64,000 bases of DNA from Octopus vulgaris (lineage: Eukaryota), in the NCBI GenBank assembly GCA_951406725.2, contig OX597814.1:100998001-101062000 (forward strand), read 5' to 3'. Positions within the stretch are counted from its first letter, which is position 1. Each line of letters starts with the position of its first letter. A program made the position numbers and the translations under genes. The notes under the pieces were generated by a model that made no database searches, was not told the origin of the DNA, and saw only the letters and a program-made list of their open reading frames with translations. This document shows, one piece after another, positions 41,710 through 54,622 of the stretch.

Positions 41710-44223
41710 CAGTGCCCCCTCTCTATAACGCGGACGATGGGGTTCAAGAAAACCAACCGCGTTCTATCTGGGCCGCGGATTCACGAGTAAGAGAGGGGCA
41801 GACAATAATAGAAGAAAATGAGATAAAGTGCACTAACGAAAAAAAAAAAAAACATTCAATCAAGTTTAACCTTTATTATACAATACCAATAAATTACTTA
41901 CAAAATATCATGAATTAAGCACTTACAGCAACTTTTTAAAAATATTTACATTGTTTATTTCCGTAAATAGTCCCTGTAGACTCTAAAATATGAATTTGCA
42001 ATAAATTCTTATGAAATGCTTTTACATTGCATTTCTAGTGCCATGCCACCTAGTGAATAATTTGAAAGCCCTTAAAAGTATGTTTCATTAAAAAGTTACA
42101 TTGTATGAAAGTTCACATTTAATGGGGTTTTTTTATATTCAATCACATAAAAAAGTCTCTCAGCTTCTGGCACAGTCCTTTCCTCATCTTAATCTGTGTC
42201 TTCCTGAGTAGGCAGACACATATTCAGGTGCATGATGTAGACTGAGTCATAGTCTTCACAATCAGTGTATTCTATAAGTCTCTTCAGGAGTGAGAAAGCC
42301 TCTGTGTGTGTCTTGGCTGGTGTCTCTGCTTCCTCTGTGTCATCTTTTTCTGGCTCCTCCTTAACCTGCTCCACAATCTGAGTGTCTGTCAGTGTCTCTG
42401 TTGGGGGTATGGCTTCCTCTGCTTTCTGCCACCTGTTAACCCAGTCACTGGCACTTCTAAGTGATCCTCTAGACGCTGTTCTGCTGCCCGGATCTCCTCC
42501 TGAATGAATCCCATGAATTCCTCTTTTTCTGGTTGTTGGGGCTGTGGGTAGGCTGCACCAAGGGCCCTGTTCCACCAGTTGGCTATGATCTTGGTTGACA
42601 CTGCGGCCCAGGCTCTGCCTGACAAGTATCTGGCATCCTTGATGGTAAGCTGCTTCAGATAGTCTGGAACACGAAGCGGAGATTCTATCATTTCCAGGAT
42701 GAGCTCTTTCTTGTAGGTGGTTTTGAAGGCCTGAATGATGCCAGCATCATAGGGCTGTATTTTGCTGGTTGTGTTCTTGGGTAAATAGAGGACCTTGTTC
42801 TGACCATCTCTGGTCTGTAGGATGTCTCCTTGTGGCTGGGCGGAGCAGTTATCTAGCAGGAAGATCGCTTTCTCCGGTATGTTGAGGCTCCTTTAGGTGA
42901 CTCCTAATACTAGGGACAAATGACTTGGAAGAACCATTCTTCAAATATGCTGGCTGTCATCCATGACCTGGTTCAGTGTTTGTAAAACACTGGTATATTG
43001 TTCATGCTTACATGGTGGTAGCACCTGGGTGATCGAAACTTGCCAATAACCAGGGGTTTAAGATTGTGGGTGCCTGTCCCTTTGTAGGCAAAGAGGATGG
43101 TGAGTCTGTTCTTTGCCTGTTTGTAGCCCAAGGTCTTATGGGCATCTGTTGTTACTGCTAGGGTGTTGCTTGGTAGCATCTTCCGGTAGAGGCCGGTTTC
43201 ATCTGCATTGTACAGTTGTTCTGGGGTGAGGGACTCTGCTTCCATATGCTGCTTCAGGGTAGCTGAAAAGTCATCAGCAGCCTGGCTATCTGCTGATCTC
43301 TACTCTCCCCTGTTCTTGACGGCACCTATGCCATGGCGCTTCTGGAACCTGTACAACCACTCCTTGCTACCCAGAAAGGTCAGCTGGTCAGGCTGGTCAG
43401 ATTTCTCTGGGTGCAGCTGGCTATGAAACTTCTCTGCTTGGGTTCTGATAATGGCACCTGACAGGGAGATGCCGCCACTCTGCTTCTGGACAAAGCAAGT
43501 GAAAACTGCTTTCTCAAGTTCAGTCAGTGGTAGTCCCGGCCTTCTTCCTAGCTAGGCCCCCACTGTCCACAACTGTATTTACATAACTCTTGAGGTTAGT
43601 CTCATCCTTAACCCAATCAGGCAAGGTGGACTCTGGAACACCAGTCTTTCTCGAAAGTTTGGTTTTGATTTTGCTATTTTTTATGCGGTGAACCAGATTT
43701 AACTTTTCCTTTACAGAATAGGATTTCCTCTTATGCATTGTGTATTCATATGGTAAATTTATTTTAATATCTGCAGGACAGCTTGAAATTGTAATGAATG
43801 AAGTGGAATATGGTCTCCCTTTTATAGAAATAGTACCTCTAGGGTGTTAATTACTTCCTTTAAATATAATTTGTTTGACTCATTCGAACCTTTTGATTGC
43901 TGGAAGTTTCTTCAAATGATACAATCAAATCGTAGAAAATAAACTGTCAAAAGCGCCCTCCGGTCAAAAAGGTATTGTCTTCATCACACAATCAAATAAA
44001 TTCTGCACACAAATCATGTAATTAGCACCCAATTACTGTTTTCAAGCTATTAAGGTATATATTTCGTTGAAATTCGCTGAAATCCTGCTTTTAATCAAGA
44101 TTTTTGCAAGTTGTGAGCAATAATGAAAGAGATTCTGCTTCAAATTATTTGGGGTCCATCAAACCACACGCGTTATATGCGGGCACATGGTATAACTAGA
44201 CGCCTTATAAAGAGAGAGCCCTG
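41710..44223 (-). mobile_element. Tigger/pogo DNA transposon, full length, disabled
   Basis: TA flanks (41708-09, 44224-25); imperfect TIRs CAGTGCCCCCTCTCTATAACGCG / CAGGGCTCTCTCTTTATAAGGCG; internal transposase. Confidence 0.93.
42189..43738 (-). pseudogene. Tigger/pogo transposase (psq-HTH, CENP-B HTH, DDE_1), frameshifted
   Basis: Successive frames give MHKRKSYSVKEKL..GVPESTL, SKEWLYRFQKRHGI, YNADETGLY..KNRLTIL..KPLVIGK..PRC, LLDNCSA, LPKNTTSKIQPYDAGII. Confidence 0.92.
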
Positions 44224-44950
44224 TATAAGCAAATTACAGAAGACTCTGAACGATTGAAATAAAAACGATCGAAACCAATTAAGTTTACATGTAAACTGCA
44301 AGCTAACTGGTTAAAATAAAAGCGGGATCTATGGCAGTGATATCGGTGCGCCCGGTAAACCGTAATATTTAACCTGCATGCGGGTTGGTCAAAGCCGTAT
44401 TCGAAAAATTCCGCTTGTTAGAAGAAGTCAGTCATTTTACTACAGTTGTCAAGAACTCAACTGTCAGTTAAATATATTTTGAAATCAGATGATTACTACG
44501 AACGTATGAAAGCGCCAATTGAACATTACAACATATTATTCACCATAGTTGAGTAAAAATATTTACATTGATCCTGTCAAGGGGCAAAATGAACTTATCA
44601 GAATAGTGTATATTTAGTCAGAACAAAGAAGAATTTAGGGATTATTAGTGTTTATCGTAGTGGGAGGAGATAATTGACCCAAGTGACCCAGTTATCTAAA
44701 CTTCTAGCGTAGAGGAAGGATCGGCTCCGATCGTTTAGATTTTTATCTCAAGTAAAATTGCTTATGCTTACTGGTCTGGGGTGAGGGAGGCAATCAATGC
44801 CAGGCTAGCCAACTAAATTATTAAAGGTGATGGGTCTATATGTCGGCTTAATCTTCGCAAAATATATACAAACATACACAAACACAACACTCACACGTAC
44901 ACACATACACGCATACACATACATTTATAGGTTTATGCATAGATAAATGC

Positions 44951-44990
<40 letters not shown>

Positions 44991-44993
<3 letters not shown>

Positions 44994-45350
44994 CAGGTGA
45001 GGCTGTGTGGTAAGCAGTTTGCTTCCCAAACACATGGTTCCGCGTTACACTTTGGGCAAATGTCTTCTACTATGACCTCGGATCGACCAAAGCCTTGTAA
45101 GTGGAATTGGTGGACCGAAACTAAAAGAAGCCCGCCGTATATATATATATTTATATCTGTGTGTGCGAGTCTGTGTTTGTCCCCCACCAACGCTTGACAA
45201 AGGCGTGTTTACGTCCCTGTAACTTAGCGGTTCGGCAAAAGAGAACGATATACTTGGTACTACAAAGAATAAGTCCCGGAGTCGATTTCTTCGACTAAAG
45301 GTAGTGTCCTAGCATGGCTACAGTCAAATGACTGGAACAACTAAAAGTAT
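44991..45350 (+). mobile_element. SINE family A
   Basis: CGCAGGTGAGGCTGTGTGGTAAG...TTGGGCAAATGTCTTCTACTAT...CTAGCATGGCTACAGTCAAATGACTG. Confidence 0.8.
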
Positions 45351-45392
45351 AATAGAAAATACATATATAGATATATTCAACAATTCTATTTG

Positions 45393-45423
<31 letters not shown>

Positions 45424-45807
45424 TCTTCTGCACTGAGATGCAAAGGCAAAGAAATGTATGAGTTAAATGTGCATTTTGTGACGAATTCCCTAGCACAGAC
45501 TGACTTGCAACACAGTGGCTAACACTTTACATGCATACTTGAACACTTACTCATGAAAATTCGTTCGCACATAGTCACGTAAACTTCAATTAACTGTATT
45601 ATCCTGCAAACATTGTTACAGCAATCTCCTTCTAAGACACTTCGTCGTATTTCACGAAGAAAGAATACGTACGAAGGGAAGAAAAGTTGTGAAAAATAAA
45701 TACATAAAAATATGTGAAATATTCTGTAGCGATACAATCTAGATGTGATTTTTCTAGCAATCTCAAAGCCCATTTGCAACGCATATTTCAGAGATATGTG
45801 TACTCAC

Positions 45808-46025
45808 CTATGAGGGATGAAAGCTGTTGAGACAAATTTTAACACCGCATAGACACCATAGTAAAATTCAAAGCAGCTTTCTTACATCAGAAGAGTGAAT
45901 TGAGTCAGCCACCTGAAGCTTCTCTAAAACAACTCTTTTAGCAGCAAATTAAATAGTTATTTCAGCAGGAATGCAGGTGCAAAATCATTCTCAACAAGAT
46001 CTTAATCGGTGTTTTCTCAAATTCT
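45808..46025 (-). other. Candidate exon with strong splice sites but no through-open frame
   Basis: TTTGTTTTGCAG| acceptor and AG|GTGAGT donor; all three frames contain stops. Confidence 0.3.
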
Positions 46026-46120
46026 CTGCAAAACAAAGCAGACTAAATTCTCAGAGTGTCAGTGTTTGGATTACCACAACATTAGAGGATTACTGAAGAA
46101 ATAATAATAACAACAACAAC

Positions 46121-46200
<80 letters not shown>

Positions 46201-46820
46201 GGGTTTGATTAATTGGTCACAAGGGCCTAGCACATAGAAAATACCAAGCGGTTACAGGATATGTAACTGTGCACATATATACTAAATCGGGGTGAAGGAC
46301 AAAAATGTAATACAGTACGATGTACAATCGTTTAACGATTTAATGTAATCTATTCGTCCTTATCTGCATGTATCTATCAATCTGCCTATCTCACTCTCTC
46401 TCTCCCTAGGTTAGTTTTATACAGCTGAGTTTCTTAATATATCATCAACTCCTCATAGTACACAGCCCATAACTTTCATAGTTGTAATGAGGTGGAAGTG
46501 TGATTGCCGTGGCTCAGAGATTCCAGAATAGCTTGTCTATCACCACACTTCTTATACTGTCTACCACTTGGACCCTCTGGGCAGGTCAACTCTACATGTC
46601 CGGACGATATATATATATATATATATATACATTCATATATACATACAGCTGTGCATGCATATGTATATATGCGCATATATATATATACACACATACACAT
46701 ATGCATATAATTTATTAAAATGTACTCACAAGAATGTAATCATTACTGTATTGAGATATATTAAAGCTAAACTCTAAAGGGACATTCTGTATATACACAC
46801 CTCCACGAGAAAACTTACAG

Positions 46821-46866
<46 letters not shown>

Positions 46867-47029
46867 ATGTGTACGTACGTGGCTGTGTATGAAAGTATGT
46901 AAAAAGAAAAGCACGCTCATACACACTCACAAAATACATTTATCAAAACTTGTGATCAGGATCCCCACGACTTCGATTGCTGTCGATGCTGAATTATCGC
47001 TCTCTCTAGATTCCGTTTACACGCTTTCA

Positions 47030-47445
47030 TTTCACAGATTTGCTTGTCAGTTGTTTGACCATAACAAGTTGGTGGCTGACGATATGTGCATCTGTGATCA
47101 CGAGCAGAAGTAGTATCATGTGCTGAGAGGAGTTCGTTGCGATTTGGATAATTCACCTATGTAAATATGTGTTTTGTTCAACATCCTTAAGCAACACTTA
47201 TTCAGGGACCTATTCAGTAGAATGGGATCTTCAACCTGAAGAAAATTCTAACAGGGTCACGTCTGTAACGTCATGTGCTGTTTATGCGCTTTTTATTTTG
47301 ATATGAGATCTTCAGGTCGCGCACATATGGTTGGGATGCATTTGCCTGGTATACCCTTATCAGACGTGTAATCATGATGGATATATTGGGCATGATATAT
47401 TTTACCTGTGTCACTTTGGTGGTATGCGCTGCTCTCTCACTCAGT
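47030..47445 (+). mobile_element. Older, diverged copy of the same (AAT)n-associated repeat
   Basis: CACAGATTTGCTTGTCAGTTGTTTGACC...CACGAGCAGAAGTAGT...CCCTTATCAGACG...CTCTCACTCA + (AAT)n. Confidence 0.7.
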
Positions 47446-47457
47446 AATAATAATTAC

Positions 47458-47499
<42 letters not shown>

Positions 47500-47500
<1 letters not shown>

Positions 47501-48050
47501 GATGCAGTACCAGGCAGTGGCTCTCATGGCTTCTGATCTTAACTGATTGGAAGTGTTATCATGTACATTGTTTTGTCTTGGTATAAAAGATGGGCTACAG
47601 CAAATATTCTGCTCAATACCACAGATTTGCTTGTCAGTTGTTTGACCGTAATCAGTTGAGCATGTCCCTTAGTGGCTGACGATATGTGCATCTCTGATCA
47701 CGAGCAGAAGTAGTGGGGGAGCATCATAGCCATGTGTTGAGAAGGATTCTTTGGGGTTTGAATAATTCACCTCTGGAAACATGGGTGTTTCGTTCAACGT
47801 CCTTAAACAACCCTTATTCAGGGACCTTTTGAGCGGGATGGGTTACTCGATCTGAAGAAAATTCTAACTGGGCTCCACCTGCAAGGTCATGTGCTGTTTA
47901 TCTTGATATGAGATCACCATGTCGCGCACATATGGTTGTGATGCATGTGCCTGGTGTACCCTTATCAGACGGGTAGTCATGATGGGTATACTGGGCTTCG
48001 TATATTTTACCCCAGTGTCACTTTGATGGCATGCTCTGCTCGCTCACTCA
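47500..48050 (+). mobile_element. ~550-bp LINE 3'-UTR-type repeat bounded by (AAT)n
   Basis: Flanked on both sides by (AAT)n; an older tandem copy lies at ~47030-47445 and an inverted copy at ~35460-35730. Confidence 0.7.
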
Positions 48051-48061
48051 ATAATAATAAC

Positions 48062-48137
<76 letters not shown>

Positions 48138-48200
48138 TGATGATGATGATGAAGAAGAAGAAGAAGAAGAAGAACAACAACAACAACAACAACAACAACA
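48050..48200. repeat. Compound trinucleotide microsatellite (AAT)n(GAT)n(GAA)n(CAA)n
   Basis: Direct reading; other (AAT)n tracts at 16064-16152, 32541-32623, 33151-33246, 46100-46195 and 47445-47500. Confidence 0.95.
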
Positions 48201-49841
48201 ACTTTTTATATTTAGTCACGTGATCCCGAGCGAATACAGTATAATACAGTCTACGTTGAAAAGGTACTTACAATCATTGCGGGCGTGCGAAAGTGAAGTT
48301 ATGTAAAAACGAGGCTATACGTGAAAGACGCTATACAATAAAAGTAAGCTCAGGTTAATTTATAAAACACACGCACTCACACACACATACACACGCGAGC
48401 GCATACAGATACATACAAAAAGACATGGACACAAGCACACATTCATATGCAAATAATTAGAATAAATTTTAAATGTTTCATAAATCAACACCTGAGTTGC
48501 ATCCAACGCACGTGTAGATCCTGAAAACGTTAGAACCAGGAACAAAATACACATTAGACAAATTATTAGTAAATGAAGAATTTTTCAATCGATCCAAGAA
48601 GAGCAATGTTGTTGTATCGGGCCTCCTTCTATCTCGTTCTGGGAAACAAACAGTAAAAACAGACAAACTACAGTATGACAAGAAAATGTAATCTAATATA
48701 TAAGAACCAGGATATATAGATATGATATATAAATATATTTATGGTTTTTGTAAAGCAGATGACAACCCACTGAAATGCTTATTGTATATATTGCACGGAT
48801 CCTAAACAGAGACGAGTATTAATTCATGCTTGACAAAACTGTACCAAATCAACTTGAGAAGAGGAAAATGTAACTAAAACCACATTGTATGTTAAGTTAA
48901 ATAATGGAAAATAATAAGAGAAATATAGTAATCACAGGCTTACAATGAATAATGAACAAGCAAGACATCATTGCACGCACAGATAAATGGCGGTTTTAGA
49001 AAGAGATGTAATTGGCGCATTATATTAAGACGTTAAACAGATCTAAATACCTAAAGTAAGATACTCAGTATCAATAGCCTAGCTTCTACAGTGATAAGTT
49101 ACCATAAAAATATTCCCGGTTGGACGTTAACATTATTAGGAAGACTAGACAGGTAAGTAAGGAAACTAATGAATTTATCTTTATTACACGACCAAAGCTT
49201 ATAAACAAACATATAGATACTGCGAATACTGTAAGCGAGTAGTTATTGTGTTCTGTAAGCAGTAACTTATATCAAAATATCTATTGTGAAAGTACGAAAA
49301 TATCTGGTAAAGTATAATGGAAACTAATATAAATACTCATAACACGAGAACAAAATAAAGCAGCTGTTTTCTTGCCTTTAGGAAAAACACCATATATAAA
49401 ACACAGGGTGTATTAGTTGTGCTATAGGAAGAAGAATAATGAGAGAAACTTTGAAAGAATTGAAAATTACTGCAATGTCTCTTTTTAAGATATTTTCCAG
49501 AGGCATCGTTTAGACTGCGGAATACAAGGCAGTATTCCAGTCGATTATAGATTCATGTATTTATGATTTTATATCATAAAATTTGTGAAAGAGAGTGGCG
49601 TTGGATAAGTGTTTCGAAAGTGCTTATGATTGACACACTGCAATTCCTGCCAAACTAATAAGGGAATGTTTATGTAACTCGAACAGAATAAATATCACAA
49701 GGTATTTGTCTTGGAAGATTTAAAAAGATTTCTCAGTTTCTTTGGTGACTTGTAGATATTTCAACAATAGACATACATAACCATGCACACATATACACGC
49801 TGCACAGGAAATACACTGAAATCCACCACCCCAACACACAA

Positions 49842-49902
<61 letters not shown>

Positions 49903-49978
49903 TATTTGTTTGTATGTGTGTATGTATGTATATATGTATCAGAAGTGTAGCTGTATAGTTAGCGTTAACCAACTATAC

Positions 49979-50152
49979 CTTTCTCACATAAGGAATTTCA
50001 CAACCTAATGGTATAGTGAAATGTTTTGTCCAATCTTCGGGGCAAACACCAATGACATGGCTGCAAAGCAAACTTGGTATCTCTATAGCTAAGCATACAT
50101 GTCCATTTAACGGCCAGTCAGGGTTAATGGTAAGAAACCAATTACAATAAAT
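49979..50152 (-). CDS. Candidate coding exon of an unidentified gene (IYCNWFLTINPDWPLNGHVCLAIEIPSLLCSHVIGVCPEDWTKHFTIPLGCEIPYVRK)
   Basis: Acceptor TACTATTTCAAG|, donor AAG|GTATAG, 174 nt, phase 0-0, one open frame, non-repetitive and more GC-rich than its flanks. Confidence 0.5.
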
Positions 50153-50789
50153 CTTGAAATAGTAAGTTGATACTAGCCAACCTAATACTAAAACATACAT
50201 AAATGAAGTAAAATCAAAATTTGGGAGGTCAACGTTATAGAAACTTACATTTAACAAAATAATTTACATTTCCTTTTTAAATCCACAGGATTTCCTGTAA
50301 TCCAATATGCGAGCGCATGTGTATATGTACACGTACATATACACATTCATATATACATATATACATACGTACGTACACGCAGACATACATACGTACATAC
50401 ATGCATACATACACGCACATATTTCTCTGTGTGTGTGGGTGGGTGTGTACCTATCAGTATATGTACGTGTGTATATTCTGAGTATATATCACTGCATTTT
50501 TACTAGGTTCCATTATTTTAGTACCACATTAGAGCGCTAAACACACAGTTACAAATACACTGAAGGTTATGCCGAGAAGCATGTTTTTTAAGATGGTAGA
50601 GCACCTTCTCTATAGAAATAGACCATCAGATTCATACTTCGACAGGGTAAAGTGACGAATACTATAATAGTCTTACTGCCTCACCATAATGATATGGAAT
50701 TGGACGAACTTGTATTTAAAAATCTTAAATGTAGACAATAAACTTCTGTTAATAGTATAAGTTGACAATGAAAATACGGCTATGTGGAA

Positions 50790-51890
50790 AATGAATGTCA
50801 TCCGAGAGGATGAAAAGAAATGTCGACCTTACCGGCGTTTGAACTCAGAATGTAAAGAACGAGGAAATGCCGCTAAGAATTTGGTCCGACATGTTAATGA
50901 TTCAGCCAGCTCGGCGCTTTAGGTACTTAATATTGGCTTCAAATTTTGGTACAAAGCAAGCAAGCTCAGTGGTGGGATAAGTCGATCGCATCGATCCCAG
51001 ATCTCAACTGGTGCTTATTTTATCGACCCCGAAGTGATGAAAAGCAAAATCGTAAAGCATTTTTTTTCGCCCGGCGCGATAACGATTTGGCCTTCTCGCT
51101 GCCCTTAACTAGTATTAATATTAATAATTATACTGAAAACAGCGAGTTGACGGAATCGTTAGAACGCCGGGCAAAATGCTTAGTGGCATTTCGTCCGTCT
51201 TTATGTTCCAAGTTCAAATTCGGCCGAGGTCGACTTTGTCTTTCGTCCTTTTGGAGTCGACAAAATAAGCACCAGTTGAACCAGTGAGGTCGATGCAATC
51301 GACAAGCACCCTTTCTCTAAGTTGCTGGCCTTGTGCCAAAATTTGAAACCGATATTGCTTCCAACTTTTAGCATAAGGTCAGCAAATTCAGGTGAAGGGT
51401 CAAGTCGATTAAATTGACCTCAGCGTTCCCCTGGCACTCAATATTCGACCCCAAAAGGATTAAATACCAAGTGCACCGCAGTGAAAACGGACGAAATGCC
51501 GTTCAGTATTTTGTCTCGAGTGCTAACATTTCTACCTGCTCGCCACCTTAAATATGAAACAACTATTGGTTTCAAATTTTGGCACAAGGCTAGAAATTTG
51601 GGGGCAGGGAGATAGTCGATTACATCAACCTCAGTATATAACTGGTACTTAATTTATCGAACCCCGAAGCGATGAAAGGCAAATCAACCTCGGTGGAATA
51701 TGAAGATTTCAAACAAATATTAATAGTTATAGTAAGGTGGTGAGCTGGCACAATCGTTACCGGCCCGGGGAAAATGCTTAGCGTCAATTCTCCTGAGCTC
51801 AAATTCCGCTGCAATCGACTTTGTCTTTCACCCTTTCGATGTCGATAAAATAAGTACCAGTTGATCACCGGGGCCAATGTAATTAACTGA
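50790..51890. mobile_element. Cluster of family B SINE copies in alternating orientations
   Basis: Repeated GAGGTCGACTTTG..TTTC, GATAAAATAAGTACCAG and GGCCTTGTGCCAAAATTTGAAACC blocks on both strands. Confidence 0.75.
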
Positions 51891-52587
51891 TATATTGTAT
51901 GTTATTATATTATATTATATTATATTATATTATATAAGAATAATTGTAGAGGATTTTAACCTTAATCGTGAGTCGAAACTAGAACAATTGCAGCGTGGGA
52001 GACAAAAGCTGGTTGTTTAGAAACACACACAGATCGTTAACATCATTCAAAAATTCATGTTTGCAATATGATGTCAAAATTTCGGTCGCTCGAACCTCCA
52101 ACAAGCTCACCAGAACGGACAATTATGGTTAGTTTATATATTTTCAATCGTGTACGTTAACTACAGCATTAGTGCATTATAGCAATTATTTCTAGCAAAG
52201 TAGGTGAGTTTTTAACACCCTAATCACATTTAGTGGCAATTAAATATATATGTAAGCAGTATTTGAGAAAGGATGGTAGAGATGTGACCAACTTTAATAC
52301 ATATACACGCATTTCTCAGTCCTGATTAAGTACCTACTAACCATTGGATGAATCTTCATGTCGCCGCACGACCTACTAGTAATAACAGCTAAATTTAAAA
52401 TCTGTTTACGCGAAGATAGCGTAGGCTTATATACTCTATATAGTAAAATGTAAAGCCCAATGGTGGCGTCTGCATAGGCTTTAGGGATTTATACACTCAA
52501 GCTTGGTGATAGTATGTGCACTTTCTATATATCAACGTTAAACATTTTAAAAAGTGTCCTTGATTTAAAATATTGTATGACGCATAC

Positions 52588-52655
52588 AGCACTGCAGCCT
52601 GAGTAATGTTGCATTTCAACAGCAGATTGCTCATCAAATTCTTTAGCATCAAATT
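52588..52655 (-). CDS. Candidate exon ((E)FDAKEFDEQSAVEMQHYSGCSA)
   Basis: CAG| acceptor with upstream CTAAT but a weak pyrimidine tract; donor |GTATGC; ends in phase 0, compatible with the 50152 exon. Confidence 0.3.
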
Positions 52656-53043
52656 CTGCTTCATATGCATTTATTGCAATTAGAAATTTTTTGATGTAGC
52701 ATTAAGTAACTGGGAGATTACAATTTGAAATCCTTCACGATTTAGAAATAACTTTACTGTACTAAAATTACACGGCATTAATGTTTAATGAAATACGATT
52801 TACTGAAGTTGCACAATTAGAGCGAGTAAATGCTAATAAATTAGTTTTTTTATTTCACTTATGTAGTAATGATCTTAGCTCATTAACTTGCTTACGAGCC
52901 AATATACCTATGGATTATATTTCGATATAAATGTTGTCTCATGTAGTGTATATGCGTATGTTAAACCATGTGCGTATATATACAGACACGTATACGTGCA
53001 TACAAACATGCATATACACACACTCACACACGGATACACACAC

Positions 53044-53098
<55 letters not shown>

Positions 53099-53340
53099 AA
53101 TATATACTTGCGTGTGCGTGCACATATATGTGTATACATACATACATAAATATACGCTTATAGGTGAAATCTCTTGATGTATTACTTAATCATTTAGATG
53201 TTGCACGTAACTTTATTGTAACGTTATGTTACAATAAAGTTCCTTAATGAATTATTGTAGCGAGACCATTCAATCCCATCGTCAGTCTTTATTATGCATA
53301 CATATATACGTATTTATGCATGTATATATATATATATATA

Positions 53341-54156
53341 TGTAAAAAGTAAAAAATATATACAAACTGGGACAAGAACGTGAAACACCTAGAAGACGAC
53401 ACAAGAACCACAGGACGGGACATTCGAAGCCCTCAGTCATCAGTCAAGAACCAGATCATCTTCGCAATTTCGGCTGATTAATCTTGAGATTGCTCCGACC
53501 TCGGCAGCCACCAAGGGAAATCTAAGCCAAGCGCATTAGATCCCTTGGAAGAAAGCTTCGAATGTATACAACACAAGGACGGAAAACGGACGATGTACAC
53601 GAATAAAAATACAGAAATACGTGAAAACAATAAGGAAAGCACGAATAAGAATACAAAAACGTAAAAACAATAAAGGTAAGGATAAAAAACAAAACCAGGA
53701 CGTAGGACAAGGGTCTTTCGACAGGACGAGTTGAGTTTGGGGCTGGCTTGTAGAGTTGTACCTTATGGCCACGGGAGACAAACAAAAACGTGTTGCTACA
53801 ACGACTGCTGGCTGCGAAAAGGCAACACGGCAGTGGCTAGCTGGTCACGTGAGGACAAAAGAGAGGAGAAAGGGACAGATGAGGAGAGAGAGAAGGTGAA
53901 CAGGGGAGAAGAAAGAGACAGATCGAGGGGAGTGTAAGGTATGAGAGGCAGAGAAGCGTAGGAGGGGGGACGGATGAAGAGAGAAAGAAAGAAAGAAGGG
54001 GAATAAGGGAGGAGGAGAGAGAGATAGAGAAAGAGACAGATCAAGAGTCGTACCAATGTTAGAGAATATATACTTACGTATAAGGACAAAAGTGTGGCTA
54101 CGGAGCCGCCATTATATATGTAAAAAGTAAAAAAATATATACAAACTGGGACAAGA

Positions 54157-54162
<6 letters not shown>
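53341..54162 (-). mobile_element. ~820-bp non-coding element with 43/44-bp direct terminal repeats inside (TA)n
   Basis: TGTAAAAAGTAAAAAATATATACAAACTGGGACAAGAACGTGA at 53341-53383 and 54119-54162 (one extra A); both ends flanked by (TA)n; minus-strand CTGATGA...TTCGAATGTC at 53419-53443. Confidence 0.7.
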
Positions 54163-54240
<78 letters not shown>

Positions 54241-54254
54241 CCTACCTACATACG

Positions 54255-54420
54255 TAATTCAAAGAACAAACACTTAAAAAACAGAGAAAAAATGAACAAA
54301 ACCGAAAGTGAGGACGTACACAAGCAATATATTAAATTGACGCTCGGTGAAAGGAGAGAGTTGTTAACGTTTCAAGCATAGCTCTTCGCCGGAAAGAGGT
54401 ACGTCAAAAGAGAAAGAAGG
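54255..54420 (-). mobile_element. Diverged element with hammerhead-like motif
   Basis: Minus strand CTCTTT-CCGGCGA-AGAGC-TAT-GCTT-GAAAC-GTTA (54361-54400), then TTCACCGAGCGTCAATTTAATAT; next to (TA)/(CA) microsatellite. Confidence 0.55.
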
Positions 54421-54561
54421 AAAATAAGGAAAATTCGCCGATAATACAAGTGCGGTTATATTTTTGAAGTGACCCAAAGTGGAAGGAGAAGAGAATGTAG
54501 TTTCTGGGACAGAAGAGCGTAAAGATGTTCAGTATGTGTGTATCTGTCTGTGTATTCATGT

Positions 54562-54622
<61 letters not shown>

